Source: Chlorobaculum sp. (lineage in GTDB: Bacteria > Bacteroidota > Chlorobiia > Chlorobiales > Chlorobiaceae). Taken from it: a stretch of DNA of 64,000 nt. Positions 18,986 through 29,103 of the stretch are shown in pieces. The DNA is taken from positions 3,080 through 67,079 of the forward strand of contig JAAXWU010000002.1 in the NCBI GenBank assembly GCA_013334855.1, in the 5' to 3' direction. Positions within the stretch are counted from its first letter, which is position 1; each line of letters starts with the position of its first letter. The translations under genes were made by a program, and so were the position numbers. The notes beneath the pieces were generated by a model, which was given only the letters and a program-made list of their open reading frames with translations, was not told the origin of the DNA and ran no database searches.

Positions 18986-20311
18986 TTGCACTCAAATCCA
19001 TCCGCAATCGTGAGAAAAAACATCGTATCGCCCTCCAGCGGCAACGCCGCATCCCCTGAAGAACGTCTCTCGACCGGCGTCGTCAACAGTGAAACCCTGC
19101 CCAACGGCCTGCGCATCGTCAGTAATCTTGTCCCTTACGTGCACAGCGTCACGCTCGGTTTGTGGATCGATGCCGGATCGCGCGAAGATCCGGAAGGATT
19201 GGAGGGGATGGCGCACTTCATCGAGCACGCGCTCTTCAAGGGCACGCAGAAGCGGGACTACGTCGAGATCGCTCGCTGCATCGAACAGACCGGCGGCTAC
19301 ATCGATGCCTGGACCACCAAGGAGCAGACCTGCCTCTGCGTCCGCTGCCTCCGGGAGCACCTGCACCTCGCCTTCGACCTCTTGGCCGACCTCTGCTGCA
19401 ATCCGCTCTTTCCGCCCGGCGAGATCGACAAGGAGAAGGAGGTGGTGCTCGAAGAGATCGCCAGCGTGAACGATACGCCGGAGGAGCTGATCTTCGAGGA
19501 TTTCGACCGCCGTACCTTTCCCGCCCATCCGCTCGGCACGCCGATTCTTGGCACCGAGGAGAGCGTCGAGCGGCTCAGCGTCGAAGGGATCAGACGCTTC
19601 ATGCGCCGCCACTACACGCCGTCGAAGATGATCGTCACGGCGGTCGGCAACCTCGACCACGCCGAAGTCGCCGCGCTGGCCGACTCGTTTCTGGGCCACC
19701 TGAAGGATGCGCCAGAGGAGCAGGCGACGCGCCGACTCTTCGATCCTTCGGCGTACCGGCCATTCAACGTGACGCAGAAAAAGAGCGTCTTCCAGTCGCA
19801 GATTCTGCTCGGCACGATCATCCCGCGAGACGACCGGCGCTTCTGGGGCTTCATGGTGCTCAACGCCATGCTGTCGAGCGGCATGAGTTCGATCCTGAAC
19901 CTCGAATTGCGCGAAAAGCGCGGTCTCGTCTATCAGGCCTACTCCTCGGTCGCCTTCTACGACGAGCTGACGGCGTTCAACATTTACGCTGGCACGGACA
20001 AGGGCAAAACCGCCAAAACGCTCGACACCATCGGCAAGCTGCTCTCCGGCAACCTGTTGACGGAACCCGATCCGGCGGAGATCATCGCGGCAAAATCGAA
20101 GATGCTCGGCTCGATGATCCTCGGCATGGAGAAGATGACCCGCCGCATGTCCAACATCGCGCAGGATATTTTCTATTACGGACGATACCTCTCGCCCGCC
20201 GAAAAGGCCGGGATGATCGAGGCGGTGACGGCTGAAGAGGTGGCGATGGCCGCCGCCTCGCTTGGCATCCCCGAACGGCTCTCGACGCTGGTTTACAAGC
20301 CGGGGCGCTGA
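18986..20311 (+). CDS. M16 family zinc peptidase
   Basis: GSREDP...GMAHFIEHALFKGT (HxxEH), LREKRGLVY. Confidence 0.92.
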   Translation: MHSNPSAIVRKNIVSPSSGNAASPEERLSTGVVNSETLPNGLRIVSNLVPYVHSVTLGLWIDAGSREDPEGLEGMAHFIEHALFKGTQKRDYVEIARCIEQTGGYIDAWTTKEQTCLCVRCLREHLHLAFDLLADLCCNPLFPPGEIDKEKEVVLEEIASVNDTPEELIFEDFDRRTFPAHPLGTPILGTEESVERLSVEGIRRFMRRHYTPSKMIVTAVGNLDHAEVAALADSFLGHLKDAPEEQATRRLFDPSAYRPFNVTQKKSVFQSQILLGTIIPRDDRRFWGFMVLNAMLSSGMSSILNLELREKRGLVYQAYSSVAFYDELTAFNIYAGTDKGKTAKTLDTIGKLLSGNLLTEPDPAEIIAAKSKMLGSMILGMEKMTRRMSNIAQDIFYYGRYLSPAEKAGMIEAVTAEEVAMAAASLGIPERLSTLVYKPGR

Positions 20312-20462
20312 TCACTGCAAGCCGCCCGCATAAAGCCGCGACGCTGTCGGAACGCGCATCCGGTTACAGCACAATGCTTTAACGAGCGATTTTTCAAAAA
20401 GGCCGAAAAAATCGTATTATTGAAGCTTTCATTTTTCAACACTTAACCGGTCACGAAGAGCC

Positions 20463-21746
20463 TTGCAAAAGAATATCACGAATGTCAGCGAAACCGAGCA
20501 GGAACTTGAAATCATTCTGACTGCCGAGGAGTACCAGCCCGAATACGACTCTGAACTCGAAGAAGCGCGCCGATCCGTCAAAATCAAGGGCTTCCGCCAG
20601 GGTCACGTGCCCGTCGGCATGATCAAGCGCATGATCGGCCCCTCCATCGAGGCTGGCGTCGCCGAAAAGATGGCTTCGAAGCATTTCGCCGCCATCGCCG
20701 AAGAGGAGAAGATCAACCCGGCCAGCCGCGCCCAGATCGAGAGCTTCAACTTCGAGAACGGCAACCTGACCATCCGCATCTCCTACGAAATTCATCCCGA
20801 ATTCGAGCTGAAAGATATCAGCACCTACACCTTCACCCAGGCGGAGTACACCGTCACCGACGAGGATATCGATCGTGAAATCAGGCTGATCCTCCGCGGC
20901 CACGGCACCATGGTTGTCAGCGAAGAGCCAGCCGCTGAGGGCGACACAGTGATCGGCGACATCACGAAGCTCGATGCCGAAGGCAACCCGGTCGAAGGCT
21001 CGAAAAACGAAAACCACCACTTCAACCTCGAATATCTTCCAGCGGACAACCCGTTCCGCGTGGCGCTCGAAGGCAAGAAAGCCGGTGATGTAGCAGATGT
21101 CACCGTCGAGCCAAAGACGGAGGGCGGCGAAGCGATCCGCTACAGCGTCGAGATCAAGGAGGTCAAGCGCCTCGAACTGCCCGAACTCGACGACGAACTG
21201 GTCAAGGAGATCAGCCAGCAGCGTTTCGAGAAAGTCGAGGACTTCAAGGGCGACATCCGCTTGCAGCTCGTTCAGCACTTCTCCGACAAATCGGAGCACG
21301 ATCTGCTCGAAGCGATTTCGGCGAAGTTCATCGAGGAGCATCCGGTGCCGACGCCGAGAGCGATGGTCGCACAGTTCCAGAACATGCTGCTCGAAAACGC
21401 CAAGCGCCAGATCGGCGGCCAGTTCCCGAAAGGTCTCGACGAGCGCGAGTTCTTCAACACCATGAAGCCGAATGCCGAAAAGCACGCCCGCTGGCTCCTG
21501 GTCAGCCAGAAGATCGCCAAGGAGAACAGCCTTGAAGTGACCGACGAGGATATCAAAGCCTATGCCGTGAAAGAGGCTGAAAAAGAGCCGTCGCTGACCG
21601 TCGAGGCGCTGCTCGAAACCTACAACTCCAGCGAGTTCAAGGATTACATCATCGACACGATTCTGAAGGAAAAAATCTACGACGTGATCAAATCCAAAGT
21701 GACCATCACCAAAGAGGCCACACCGATCCCGGTGCACGACAGGTAA
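20463..21746 (+). CDS. tig: Trigger factor
   Basis: GFRQGHVP ribosome-binding signature; FKBP-like middle domain; 427 aa. Confidence 0.93.
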   Translation: MQKNITNVSETEQELEIILTAEEYQPEYDSELEEARRSVKIKGFRQGHVPVGMIKRMIGPSIEAGVAEKMASKHFAAIAEEEKINPASRAQIESFNFENGNLTIRISYEIHPEFELKDISTYTFTQAEYTVTDEDIDREIRLILRGHGTMVVSEEPAAEGDTVIGDITKLDAEGNPVEGSKNENHHFNLEYLPADNPFRVALEGKKAGDVADVTVEPKTEGGEAIRYSVEIKEVKRLELPELDDELVKEISQQRFEKVEDFKGDIRLQLVQHFSDKSEHDLLEAISAKFIEEHPVPTPRAMVAQFQNMLLENAKRQIGGQFPKGLDEREFFNTMKPNAEKHARWLLVSQKIAKENSLEVTDEDIKAYAVKEAEKEPSLTVEALLETYNSSEFKDYIIDTILKEKIYDVIKSKVTITKEATPIPVHDR

Positions 21747-21766
21747 TCACTCGGTACCACAGATAT

Positions 21767-21800
21767 AAAAAAAGGCTCATCGTTCGATGGGCCTTTTTTT
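21767..21800. terminator. Bidirectional terminator between tig and acpS
   Basis: aaaaaaaggctcatcg-tt-cgatgggccttttttt. Confidence 0.85.
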
Positions 21801-21872
21801 ATGGGCGGAATCATGGACGAAATGGAGTGGCTCCGGGAAAATCTCGACAGCAATTCTTGTCCACTTCGTCCA

Positions 21873-22226
21873 TCACGCCTTTTCGTACAGCGCCATTGCC
21901 ACGGCGGAGTGGCGGTCGTGGGAGATGGAGATGCTGACTCTGCCGGTAAAGGTGGGGGAATGAATCGTCACGCAGGGTTTGCCTGACTCGTCGTTCAGAA
22001 TTTCGATGGAGTGCCAGAAAAGCCCCTTCGAGATGCCTGTGCCGAGCGCCTTGGAGACCGCCTCCTTGGCGGCGAATCGTCCGGCGAGGCTTGCCACGGG
22101 ATCGGGTTTGGAGAGGCACTGGGCGGTCTCGGATTCGGTCAGAATCTTCTTCATGAAAGTCTGGCCGAAACGCTCGTACACCGAACGGATACGAGCGATT
22201 TCGACGATGTCTACCCCGATCTCCAT
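21873..22226 (-). CDS. acpS: Holo-ACP synthase
   Basis: IGVDIVE, GRFAAKEAVSKALGTG, SISH. Confidence 0.95.
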   Translation of the reverse strand: MEIGVDIVEIARIRSVYERFGQTFMKKILTESETAQCLSKPDPVASLAGRFAAKEAVSKALGTGISKGLFWHSIEILNDESGKPCVTIHSPTFTGRVSISISHDRHSAVAMALYEKA

Positions 22227-22234
22227 CGGTAGCC

Positions 22235-23137
22235 TCAGAAGCGTTCGATCTTCATGGACATATCGAGCGCCTTGACGCTGTGCGTCAGTTCGCCGACCGA
22301 AATAAAATCGACGCCGGTCATGGCGATCTCGGAAACATTGTGAAGCCCGATGTTTCCCGACGCTTCGAGCAGAATATTGCCGTAGCCGTTCGCCTTTACC
22401 CAGCGCACCGCTTCGGCCAGATCATCGACCATGAAGTTGTCGAGCAGAATCATATCCGGTCGGCTGGTGCAGGCTCTGACCAGCTCGGAGATGCTCCGAA
22501 CCTCGGTTTCGATCTTCACCTTCGCCTCATGCTCCTGGCACCAGGCCTTCGCACGCTTGACCGCCTCCTCGACGCTCCCTGCGGCATCGATGTGGTTGTC
22601 CTTGATCAGAATCATGTCGAACAGCCCGAAGCGGTGGTTGGTGCCGCCGCCGATGCGCACGGCGTCCTTATCGTAATAGCGCAGTGCCGGAGCGGTTTTG
22701 CGGGTATCGAGAATGGAGGCGTTGGTATGGCTGACCCGTTCGACATACATGTTCGTGCGGGTTGCGATGCCGGACATGCGCTGCATGAAGTTGAGCACCG
22801 TCCGCTCGCCGAACAGAATCGAGGCGATGCGCCCCTTGACTTCGAGAATCCGCTCGCCCGGATAGACCCGCTTGCCATCCTTGACAAACGCCGTAAACTC
22901 GAGCGAGGCGTCCGACGACTGGAACACCTGCCTGGCGACCTCCACCCCGGCAATGATCCCTTCGGCCTTGACTTCGACGTAGCCAAGTCCCTGCTGATTT
23001 GGATCGACGGTTGCCTCAGTGGTGATGTCCCCCTGGTAACGATCCTCTTCGAGCGCGAGCTGCATGGCTTTCGACCTGCATGTCTCGAAAAACTCCCTGA
23101 ACGCGAGATTGGTTCTGTTTTCAGTCATAACTGCCAT
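22235..23137 (-). CDS. nadC: Quinolinate phosphoribosyltransferase
   Basis: ERTVLNF, DTRKT, NHRFGL, IKDNH, LLDNF, EASG. Confidence 0.95.
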   Translation of the reverse strand: MAVMTENRTNLAFREFFETCRSKAMQLALEEDRYQGDITTEATVDPNQQGLGYVEVKAEGIIAGVEVARQVFQSSDASLEFTAFVKDGKRVYPGERILEVKGRIASILFGERTVLNFMQRMSGIATRTNMYVERVSHTNASILDTRKTAPALRYYDKDAVRIGGGTNHRFGLFDMILIKDNHIDAAGSVEEAVKRAKAWCQEHEAKVKIETEVRSISELVRACTSRPDMILLDNFMVDDLAEAVRWVKANGYGNILLEASGNIGLHNVSEIAMTGVDFISVGELTHSVKALDMSMKIERF

Positions 23138-23345
23138 TTAAAAATGAGGTTAGCGGAATTCGACAGGCACCCGGAGGCGCCGAATCGTGCTTCTGCAAGG
23201 TAATACTTTTTTGCTATTCACCACGGTTCATGAAGCCTGCGCAAGCCATTTCTCCCGTTTGCCGAGCCGCTTTTGCAAGGCAACGGCGAATAGATTACAT
23301 TCATGCAGAGTCCTCCAGAATGCCGATTCCTCGCTGTTTCCGACC

Positions 23346-23726
23346 ATGAAGCTTCATCATCGTTCCTGCGTCAGGCTTGTCAACGCCCTCTTTTACGCCC
23401 GGCACGGCGTCCATGAGGAGGAGCGTCGCCTCGGCGGGCGATATGAGGTAGATGCCGAACTTTTTTTCGACAGCACGGCGGCGGCGGCAACTGACGATCT
23501 CACGAAAACCATCGATTACCGCCAGGTCTATACCATTATCAGCGAGGTCATGACTGCTGGTGAACCGGCGGCGCTCATCGAGACCTTGGCAAGCGGAGCG
23601 GCGACGAGGCTGATGCAGGAGCTGGTCATCGTCGAAAAGGTCACGGTCAGGGTGCGCAAGCGCGTGGTGCCTCTGGGCGGGCTGTGCGATTATGCCGAAG
23701 CCGAACACACCATCGAAAAGCGCTGA
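23346..23726 (+). CDS. folB: Dihydroneopterin aldolase (start moved to ATG 23346)
   Basis: FYARHGVHEEE, TIDY, LIETLA, VRVRK; adjacent to folK. Confidence 0.88.
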   Translation: MKLHHRSCVRLVNALFYARHGVHEEERRLGGRYEVDAELFFDSTAAAATDDLTKTIDYRQVYTIISEVMTAGEPAALIETLASGAATRLMQELVIVEKVTVRVRKRVVPLGGLCDYAEAEHTIEKR

Positions 23727-23729
23727 GCG

Positions 23730-24257
23730 ATGGAGCCTGTCACCGCCTATATCGGCATCGGCTCGAATGTCGGCGACCGTCTCGCCTGGCTCCAGCAGGC
23801 CGTTGATCATCTCTCACGGATGCCAAACACTTCGGTGACCGGAGTGTCGAGAGTCTACATGACCGAACCGTTCGGCGACCCCGACCAGGAGCGCTACTTC
23901 AATGCCGTAGTCGAGGTGCGAACCTCGCTCGATCCGACTGACCTCCGTGCCCTATGCAAGGCAATCGAGCACGACCTTGGCCGCCCCGATCAGTACCGGC
24001 GCTGGAGTCCGAGAACCATCGACCTCGACATTCTGCTCTGCGGCGACCGCTGCATCGATAGCGACCTGCTCGTCATTCCCCACGCCGAGATGCACCGACG
24101 GAAATTCGTGCTCGTACCGCTGCTCGACATCGCCAACCCGCTGCACCCCCGCCTGCGCCGCCCCATCGCAGAGCTGCTGAAGAGCTGCGAAGATCACTCG
24201 GTTCCGGTAAGGCTGGTGGAGAGGCTTTCGTTTTTAAACAGAAATAAGGAAGAATAG
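23730..24257 (+). CDS. folK: 2-amino-4-hydroxy-6-hydroxymethyldihydropteridine pyrophosphokinase
   Basis: IGIGSNVGDR, WSPRTIDLDIL, IPH, FVLVPL. Confidence 0.94.
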   Translation: MEPVTAYIGIGSNVGDRLAWLQQAVDHLSRMPNTSVTGVSRVYMTEPFGDPDQERYFNAVVEVRTSLDPTDLRALCKAIEHDLGRPDQYRRWSPRTIDLDILLCGDRCIDSDLLVIPHAEMHRRKFVLVPLLDIANPLHPRLRRPIAELLKSCEDHSVPVRLVERLSFLNRNKEE

Positions 24258-24297
24258 GTCGTATATGACCTATGACCGCCAACCTTCGGGCAGGCAC

Positions 24298-24330
24298 AAA
24301 AAAAGCGGGCTACCGTGAAGCAGCCCGCCT
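24298..24330 (-). terminator. Intrinsic terminator of arsA paralog
   Basis: gcgggct-accgtgaagc-agcccgc hairpin with A-run on +. Confidence 0.7.
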
Positions 24331-24354
24331 TGAAACTAAAACCTCGCTTTTCGC

Positions 24355-25509
24355 TCAGTTCGCGAACGTAATATTCAGCGTGCCCTGCTCGAAATCGGCG
24401 CCTTCGGTCTTGCGGCCTACCAGCACGTTCGGCAGTACGATGCTCTTGCGGAAGTTGTTGATGTCAACCAGCAACTCGTCGCCCTTGATATTGACAGCCA
24501 GTTTCTCGACCTCGACGTTCGGCAGGTAGAGGCTCAGCACATACTTGCCGTTGATCTTTTCGAGCGTCTGGGTTTTGTCGTTCATGTAGAGCACATCCAT
24601 CGGGTTCTTGCTGTTGAAAATCTCCTGGCTCAGTTCGAACAGTCTGTCGGGTCTGATCACCTCTTTGGTGGACTGGTGCGCCCTGAAAATCGGCACAGGA
24701 TAGAAGCAGTCGTCGATCACGCGGAGATACTTGGCCTGCTGGTCGATCAGGGCCTGGAGATACGGATCGCTGGAGTTTGGAGGCAGCACCTTGTTGACCA
24801 CCGCCGCATCGAGCTTGTAACCGAAAAGATTGAGGTAGGTCTGGACGCGCAGAGCCTCCTTGATGACCATGTTTTCGGGATTGAGCACTACCCTGAAGGT
24901 CGTGATGCTCTTGTCCTGCAACATGCCGTGCAGCTCCTTCATGTGCTCGTTAATCTCGGGCATGAGCTTGAAGATGTTCTTTTTGGGCATGAAGCGGCTC
25001 AGGAGCGGCGCGGCGAAACCGATCGCCTTGGAGTGCCAGCCGCCAATCTTCTCGGAGTACCAGCCGTACGACTCGGGCATGCCGAGCAAGCGCATCGTCT
25101 CGCCGGTCGGCGCGGCATCGACCACGACTGAGTCGTAATTGCCCGATTTCGCGGCTTTCCAGATGTAGCGGAGGCTGATCATCTCCTCCATGCCAGGCAC
25201 GATGGCCAGCTCTTCGGCGACGATCTCGTTCGCGCCATCATGCATGAGAATCGAGGAGAAGTAGGAGTACAACTCGGTCCAGTTTTCCCTGATTTCTGCA
25301 AGAACGTTCACCTCCATGGCGAAGAGATTTTTTTCGACCTCCAGAGGAGTCGAACTCAACTCGACGCCAAGCGCATCGGCAAGGCTGTGAGCGACGTCGG
25401 TACTCATGATGAGCACGCGCTTGCCGCTACGAGCAATCGCTGTCGCTGTGGAAGCCGATACGGTGGTTTTGCCCACCCCGCCTTTGCCCAGGTAAAGAAT
25501 GATTCTCAT
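24355..25509 (-). CDS. ArsA/Get3-family ATPase with C-terminal HSP20/alpha-crystallin-like domain
   Basis: [30 protein letters not shown]; C-terminal beta domain [18 protein letters not shown]. Confidence 0.9.
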   Translation of the reverse strand: MRIILYLGKGGVGKTTVSASTATAIARSGKRVLIMSTDVAHSLADALGVELSSTPLEVEKNLFAMEVNVLAEIRENWTELYSYFSSILMHDGANEIVAEELAIVPGMEEMISLRYIWKAAKSGNYDSVVVDAAPTGETMRLLGMPESYGWYSEKIGGWHSKAIGFAAPLLSRFMPKKNIFKLMPEINEHMKELHGMLQDKSITTFRVVLNPENMVIKEALRVQTYLNLFGYKLDAAVVNKVLPPNSSDPYLQALIDQQAKYLRVIDDCFYPVPIFRAHQSTKEVIRPDRLFELSQEIFNSKNPMDVLYMNDKTQTLEKINGKYVLSLYLPNVEVEKLAVNIKGDELLVDINNFRKSIVLPNVLVGRKTEGADFEQGTLNITFAN

Positions 25510-25582
25510 GGTGTTGAAAAACTATGGTGTAAACTTGACTTAAACTGAATACTTATAACCTTCAGGCTCAACGCCGTCAGAC

Positions 25583-27895
25583 TTATCTGCCGCGCCGCTT
25601 GCCGCGATGGGACTTACCGGACGAATGCCGGGGCTGTTCAGGCCTTTTCTCGATCACCGGCTCCTTGACAGGCTCCTTTGCCGGTTCAACGACCCGCTCG
25701 ACCAGCGGCTCTTTGACCTCTTGCCGGACCGGAACGTCGGATTCGATGGTCATATACTCTTTGAATTCCTTCACATCCTCAGCGGTCTCCGGTTCGCCAA
25801 GGGCGGCAAACACGACCTCCTCGGGAATGTCGAACGCCTCCAGCTCGGCCTCGATGCTAACCTCCTCGATGACCGCCGCTTCCGGTTCCTGCACAGACTC
25901 GGCCAGAACCTCAGGCTCCGTCTCGACCTCCGCCTCAAGTCGGACCCGCTCCATAACCGGCTCTTCCGCTTCCGGCTCACTGACCAGCTCAGGTTCGGTT
26001 TCGAACGTTGTCTCGGGTTCAGGCTCTGCAACGATTTCGACTTGCTCGACGACTGTCGCTTCCGGTTCGGGCTCGGGTTCGGCGGCAACTTCCGCAACCG
26101 GCTCCTCGGACTCCATCGCAATGCGGACTCGCTTCACGACTGGCTCTTCTGCTTCCGGTTCTATCTCAGGCTGGGTCTCGACCTCAGGCTCGGTTTCAGC
26201 TTTGATCTGGATTTTCTTTCTGACCGGAGCCACAGGTTCAGGCTCTGGCTCGATTTCCGGTTCGAACGACGCCAACCTTTCCGGTTCGCCTTCCGCCTTG
26301 ATCTGGATTTTCTTCTTAAGGGGCGCTTCCGGTTCAGGCTGCTCGTCATCGGCGGAACTGGCCGGAATATCGTGCGACAGCGAGTTGACCGCGCCGCGCG
26401 CCGCTTCATCGTAGTCCATCAGTTTGCGGGCGATCTCGGCTTCCGCGCCACTACCCTCCTCGGCTTTGATGGCGAGCTTCTTCTTGCGAACTCCTGAACC
26501 ATTTTCAAGGCTTGCGGCTGGAGGCGCGGCCACAGGCGGTGGCGGTGGCGCGTCGCGCTCGGACTCGTCGTAGCTCATCAGCTTGCGGGCGATCTCGTTG
26601 TCGTCCTCCATCTTGATCGAGAGCTTCTTGCGGCGTCCACCCGGCGCTGCGCCGAAATCGTCGTCAGCAGGAGGTGCGCTGCTGCGGGGCGCTGGCGGGC
26701 GATTCTCGCGAGAGGTGATCGGCTCATCGTTACCGGCAAAAAGATCGGCTTCAAAATGATCATCGTCATCCTTGATGCTGATCTTCTTGCGGCGGATTGT
26801 CGAGGTATCTTCATCCTGCTCTTCGATGATCGGCGAGCGTCGCGGCCCCGACGATGTGCGATCTTCGCGAGGAGGCTCGCTGGCTGGCGGCCTTGAACTC
26901 TTTTTTCCGCCGCCACCGATTCCGGTCATTTTGACGATCTTGCCGAGAGAGCCGAGAACGCCGTCATTGACCACGGCCGTTTTGATGGCGTTCATCACGA
27001 AACGCTCGGCAAGCGGATTGCCCGCGATATTGGAGAGCAGTTCGTTCAGCGCCGTCAAAACGGTGGCCATGTCACCGGGCACGTGCTGCAAATCCTTCAT
27101 CACCTGGTCGCGCATTTTGAACGGAGCATCGCCGACCATACTCTTGATCTGTTCGGCGATCCGTTTCAGGGAGGCGGGATCGGTCGGCAGCATCGACTCC
27201 AGCCCGCGCATGGCGTCCTGCGGCCCCATCGAGCGGGGACGCGCTCCACCGGTGCCCGGCGGCTGGTAGGGCGCATAGGGCGCTTGCGGCTGCCCCTGAC
27301 CGGTAGCCCGAAACTGTTCGAGCAGATCCTGCCCATAGCCAATGCCCGCATCGGGCACGGGAGCCTGCGGCGTATCGAGCTGAAGCGAGAGCATCCTCGG
27401 AGGGCAGATACCCCTTGCGGCCTGAAAAATCCTGTTTGCTGTATCCTGGGGAATTTCCTGACGGTAATTGATGCCGAGATAATCCTCGATGATCGATTCG
27501 ACAACCGTCTGAAGCTTGACGATGGTGTCGGCCTCGCGAATCTCGACCATGTCGAAAATCACGAAGATCGGCTCCTTGCCCTCGCGACGGATCTTGAGGT
27601 TCATCGTCGCGAACGCGCTGTCTTTGTTGCGGCTGTTGACCGAAACCGTCCCGAGGCTGAACCGGTCGAGAAAATCCTTCGAAGCGCCACGCGCCCACAG
27701 GTAGAGAGCCTTGTCGGTGTAGATCAGGTAATCCTGATACACGATGTTGCCCACCCGCTCCTGGTGAGACTCGTAAAATACCCCGTCAAAAAAAGCGACA
27801 GGAGTTTCACCCTCGCCTATCAGCCGTTTCTGGAAAAACTCGGAGACATCTTCAAGCTCCGTCTGTCCCGAGATATAGAGAGAAATATTAGCCAT
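25583..27895 (-). CDS. 770-aa hypothetical protein: PH-like N-terminus, helical middle, long acidic disordered tail with repeated KK-I-x-I-K motifs
   Basis: Long ORF with host codon bias, co-oriented between csmA and arsA. Confidence 0.8.
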   Translation of the reverse strand: MANISLYISGQTELEDVSEFFQKRLIGEGETPVAFFDGVFYESHQERVGNIVYQDYLIYTDKALYLWARGASKDFLDRFSLGTVSVNSRNKDSAFATMNLKIRREGKEPIFVIFDMVEIREADTIVKLQTVVESIIEDYLGINYRQEIPQDTANRIFQAARGICPPRMLSLQLDTPQAPVPDAGIGYGQDLLEQFRATGQGQPQAPYAPYQPPGTGGARPRSMGPQDAMRGLESMLPTDPASLKRIAEQIKSMVGDAPFKMRDQVMKDLQHVPGDMATVLTALNELLSNIAGNPLAERFVMNAIKTAVVNDGVLGSLGKIVKMTGIGGGGKKSSRPPASEPPREDRTSSGPRRSPIIEEQDEDTSTIRRKKISIKDDDDHFEADLFAGNDEPITSRENRPPAPRSSAPPADDDFGAAPGGRRKKLSIKMEDDNEIARKLMSYDESERDAPPPPPVAAPPAASLENGSGVRKKKLAIKAEEGSGAEAEIARKLMDYDEAARGAVNSLSHDIPASSADDEQPEPEAPLKKKIQIKAEGEPERLASFEPEIEPEPEPVAPVRKKIQIKAETEPEVETQPEIEPEAEEPVVKRVRIAMESEEPVAEVAAEPEPEPEATVVEQVEIVAEPEPETTFETEPELVSEPEAEEPVMERVRLEAEVETEPEVLAESVQEPEAAVIEEVSIEAELEAFDIPEEVVFAALGEPETAEDVKEFKEYMTIESDVPVRQEVKEPLVERVVEPAKEPVKEPVIEKRPEQPRHSSGKSHRGKRRGR

Positions 27896-28099
27896 TTACC
27901 GCTTCCGGTCACGTTTCCTGTAATACCCGATCATCTTCGATTAGAATGTTCGAATAGCCAAAATATGAAAACAAAAATAAATTACGTAACAAAGAGAGGA
28001 GATAAGAGGTAAGGAAAAAGCGGAAAGGCTCCGCATGAATTCCAAACGCCAACCAGGAGCAATGCGACCAGGCTGGTTATAACAGTAAAAACGGAAACA

Positions 28100-28137
28100 A
28101 AAAAAGCAGTGACGGGATGAAACCTGTCACTGCTTTC
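28100..28137 (-). terminator. csmCA terminator
   Basis: aaagcagtgac-gggatgaaacct-gtcactgcttt hairpin with U-tract on the - strand. Confidence 0.85.
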
Positions 28138-28159
28138 AACAATCTGCTGAACGGTTTGC

Positions 28160-28402
28160 TTATTTGGCAAACTTTGATTCAACTTCTTTGGTAGGAACGG
28201 CATAGCCGGAAACCTCGGGGGAAGAACCACGAAGGCTGCCACCGCCACCCATGGAACCATAGGCATTGCGGTTGATCCTCATGGTGCCTTTGCCCAGCGA
28301 GTCAAAAAGCATACCGACGGTTTCCCAGTGACCTTCGACCATAACTTCGAAAATACGGCCTGCGGCGGCTAAAATGTCGGTAAAGACGCCTCCTCCACTC
28401 AT
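28160..28402 (-). CDS. csmA: Chlorosome baseplate protein CsmA
   Basis: [30 protein letters not shown]..., BChl-ligating His; aggagg RBS. Confidence 0.98.
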   Translation of the reverse strand: MSGGGVFTDILAAAGRIFEVMVEGHWETVGMLFDSLGKGTMRINRNAYGSMGGGGSLRGSSPEVSGYAVPTKEVESKFAK

Positions 28403-28555
28403 AACTCCTCCTTTTGGAATTTAATTGACAGAAAAAACAAGAATGAAAATCGAGACTTTAAGACAAAAATAAGCGAATAAACGAAAAAACACAAATAAAA
28501 GATTTTATGCGCCATCCCGCCTTTTGCCTGGCCGGATGTTTCCGTAAAAAGTTAC

Positions 28556-28975
28556 TTATTTTTTTACAGCAGTTTTCTGGAACGAGCCAGCGATGTTCTT
28601 GACCGCCTCGGAAGCCGAAACACCCGCGTCGCCAACCGCCTTGGCGGCGTTGCTGGTCGCGTTTTCGACATTCTTCACGGCATCGCTGTACAATTCGCCA
28701 GCCGAACGGGAGACATCTTTCACGGTGATCGCCACGCGGTCGATGGTTTCGCCGACAACGCCGCTCGTGCCGCCGAGCATGCTGCCGATGCCCGATGCGT
28801 CAACCAGAGAACCGACTGTTCCCGCAACCGTTTCGACCACGCTGCCAGCCACTTCAAGACCGCCAACGATGGCGCTCTGACCGGTCAGAAGCAGACTTTC
28901 CGCAAGAAAGGTGAGTCTGTCGGTGAAGTCGAGATCCTTGAAATCCTTGCGAAGTTTCTGATACGATTCTGACAT
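28556..28975 (-). CDS. csmC: Chlorosome envelope protein CsmC
   Basis: [13 protein letters not shown]..., 139 aa, directly upstream of csmA. Confidence 0.93.
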   Translation of the reverse strand: MSESYQKLRKDFKDLDFTDRLTFLAESLLLTGQSAIVGGLEVAGSVVETVAGTVGSLVDASGIGSMLGGTSGVVGETIDRVAITVKDVSRSAGELYSDAVKNVENATSNAAKAVGDAGVSASEAVKNIAGSFQKTAVKK

Positions 28976-29103
28976 TGTATCCTCCTTTTTACCGGCTGCC
29001 TGAACAGCTTCCGGCTACTGGTTTGAATGTGAAATTGTAAAATCTGCAACTGCCTCAATCTAATGAAAAATCAGGCTTTACTCAAGCATAACCATGCGCT
29101 GCG

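Noticed and set aside
28160-28402. CsmA Gly run appears one residue longer than the C. tepidum sequence I recall
   Set aside because: Trivial variation in a flexible linker, and based on memory only
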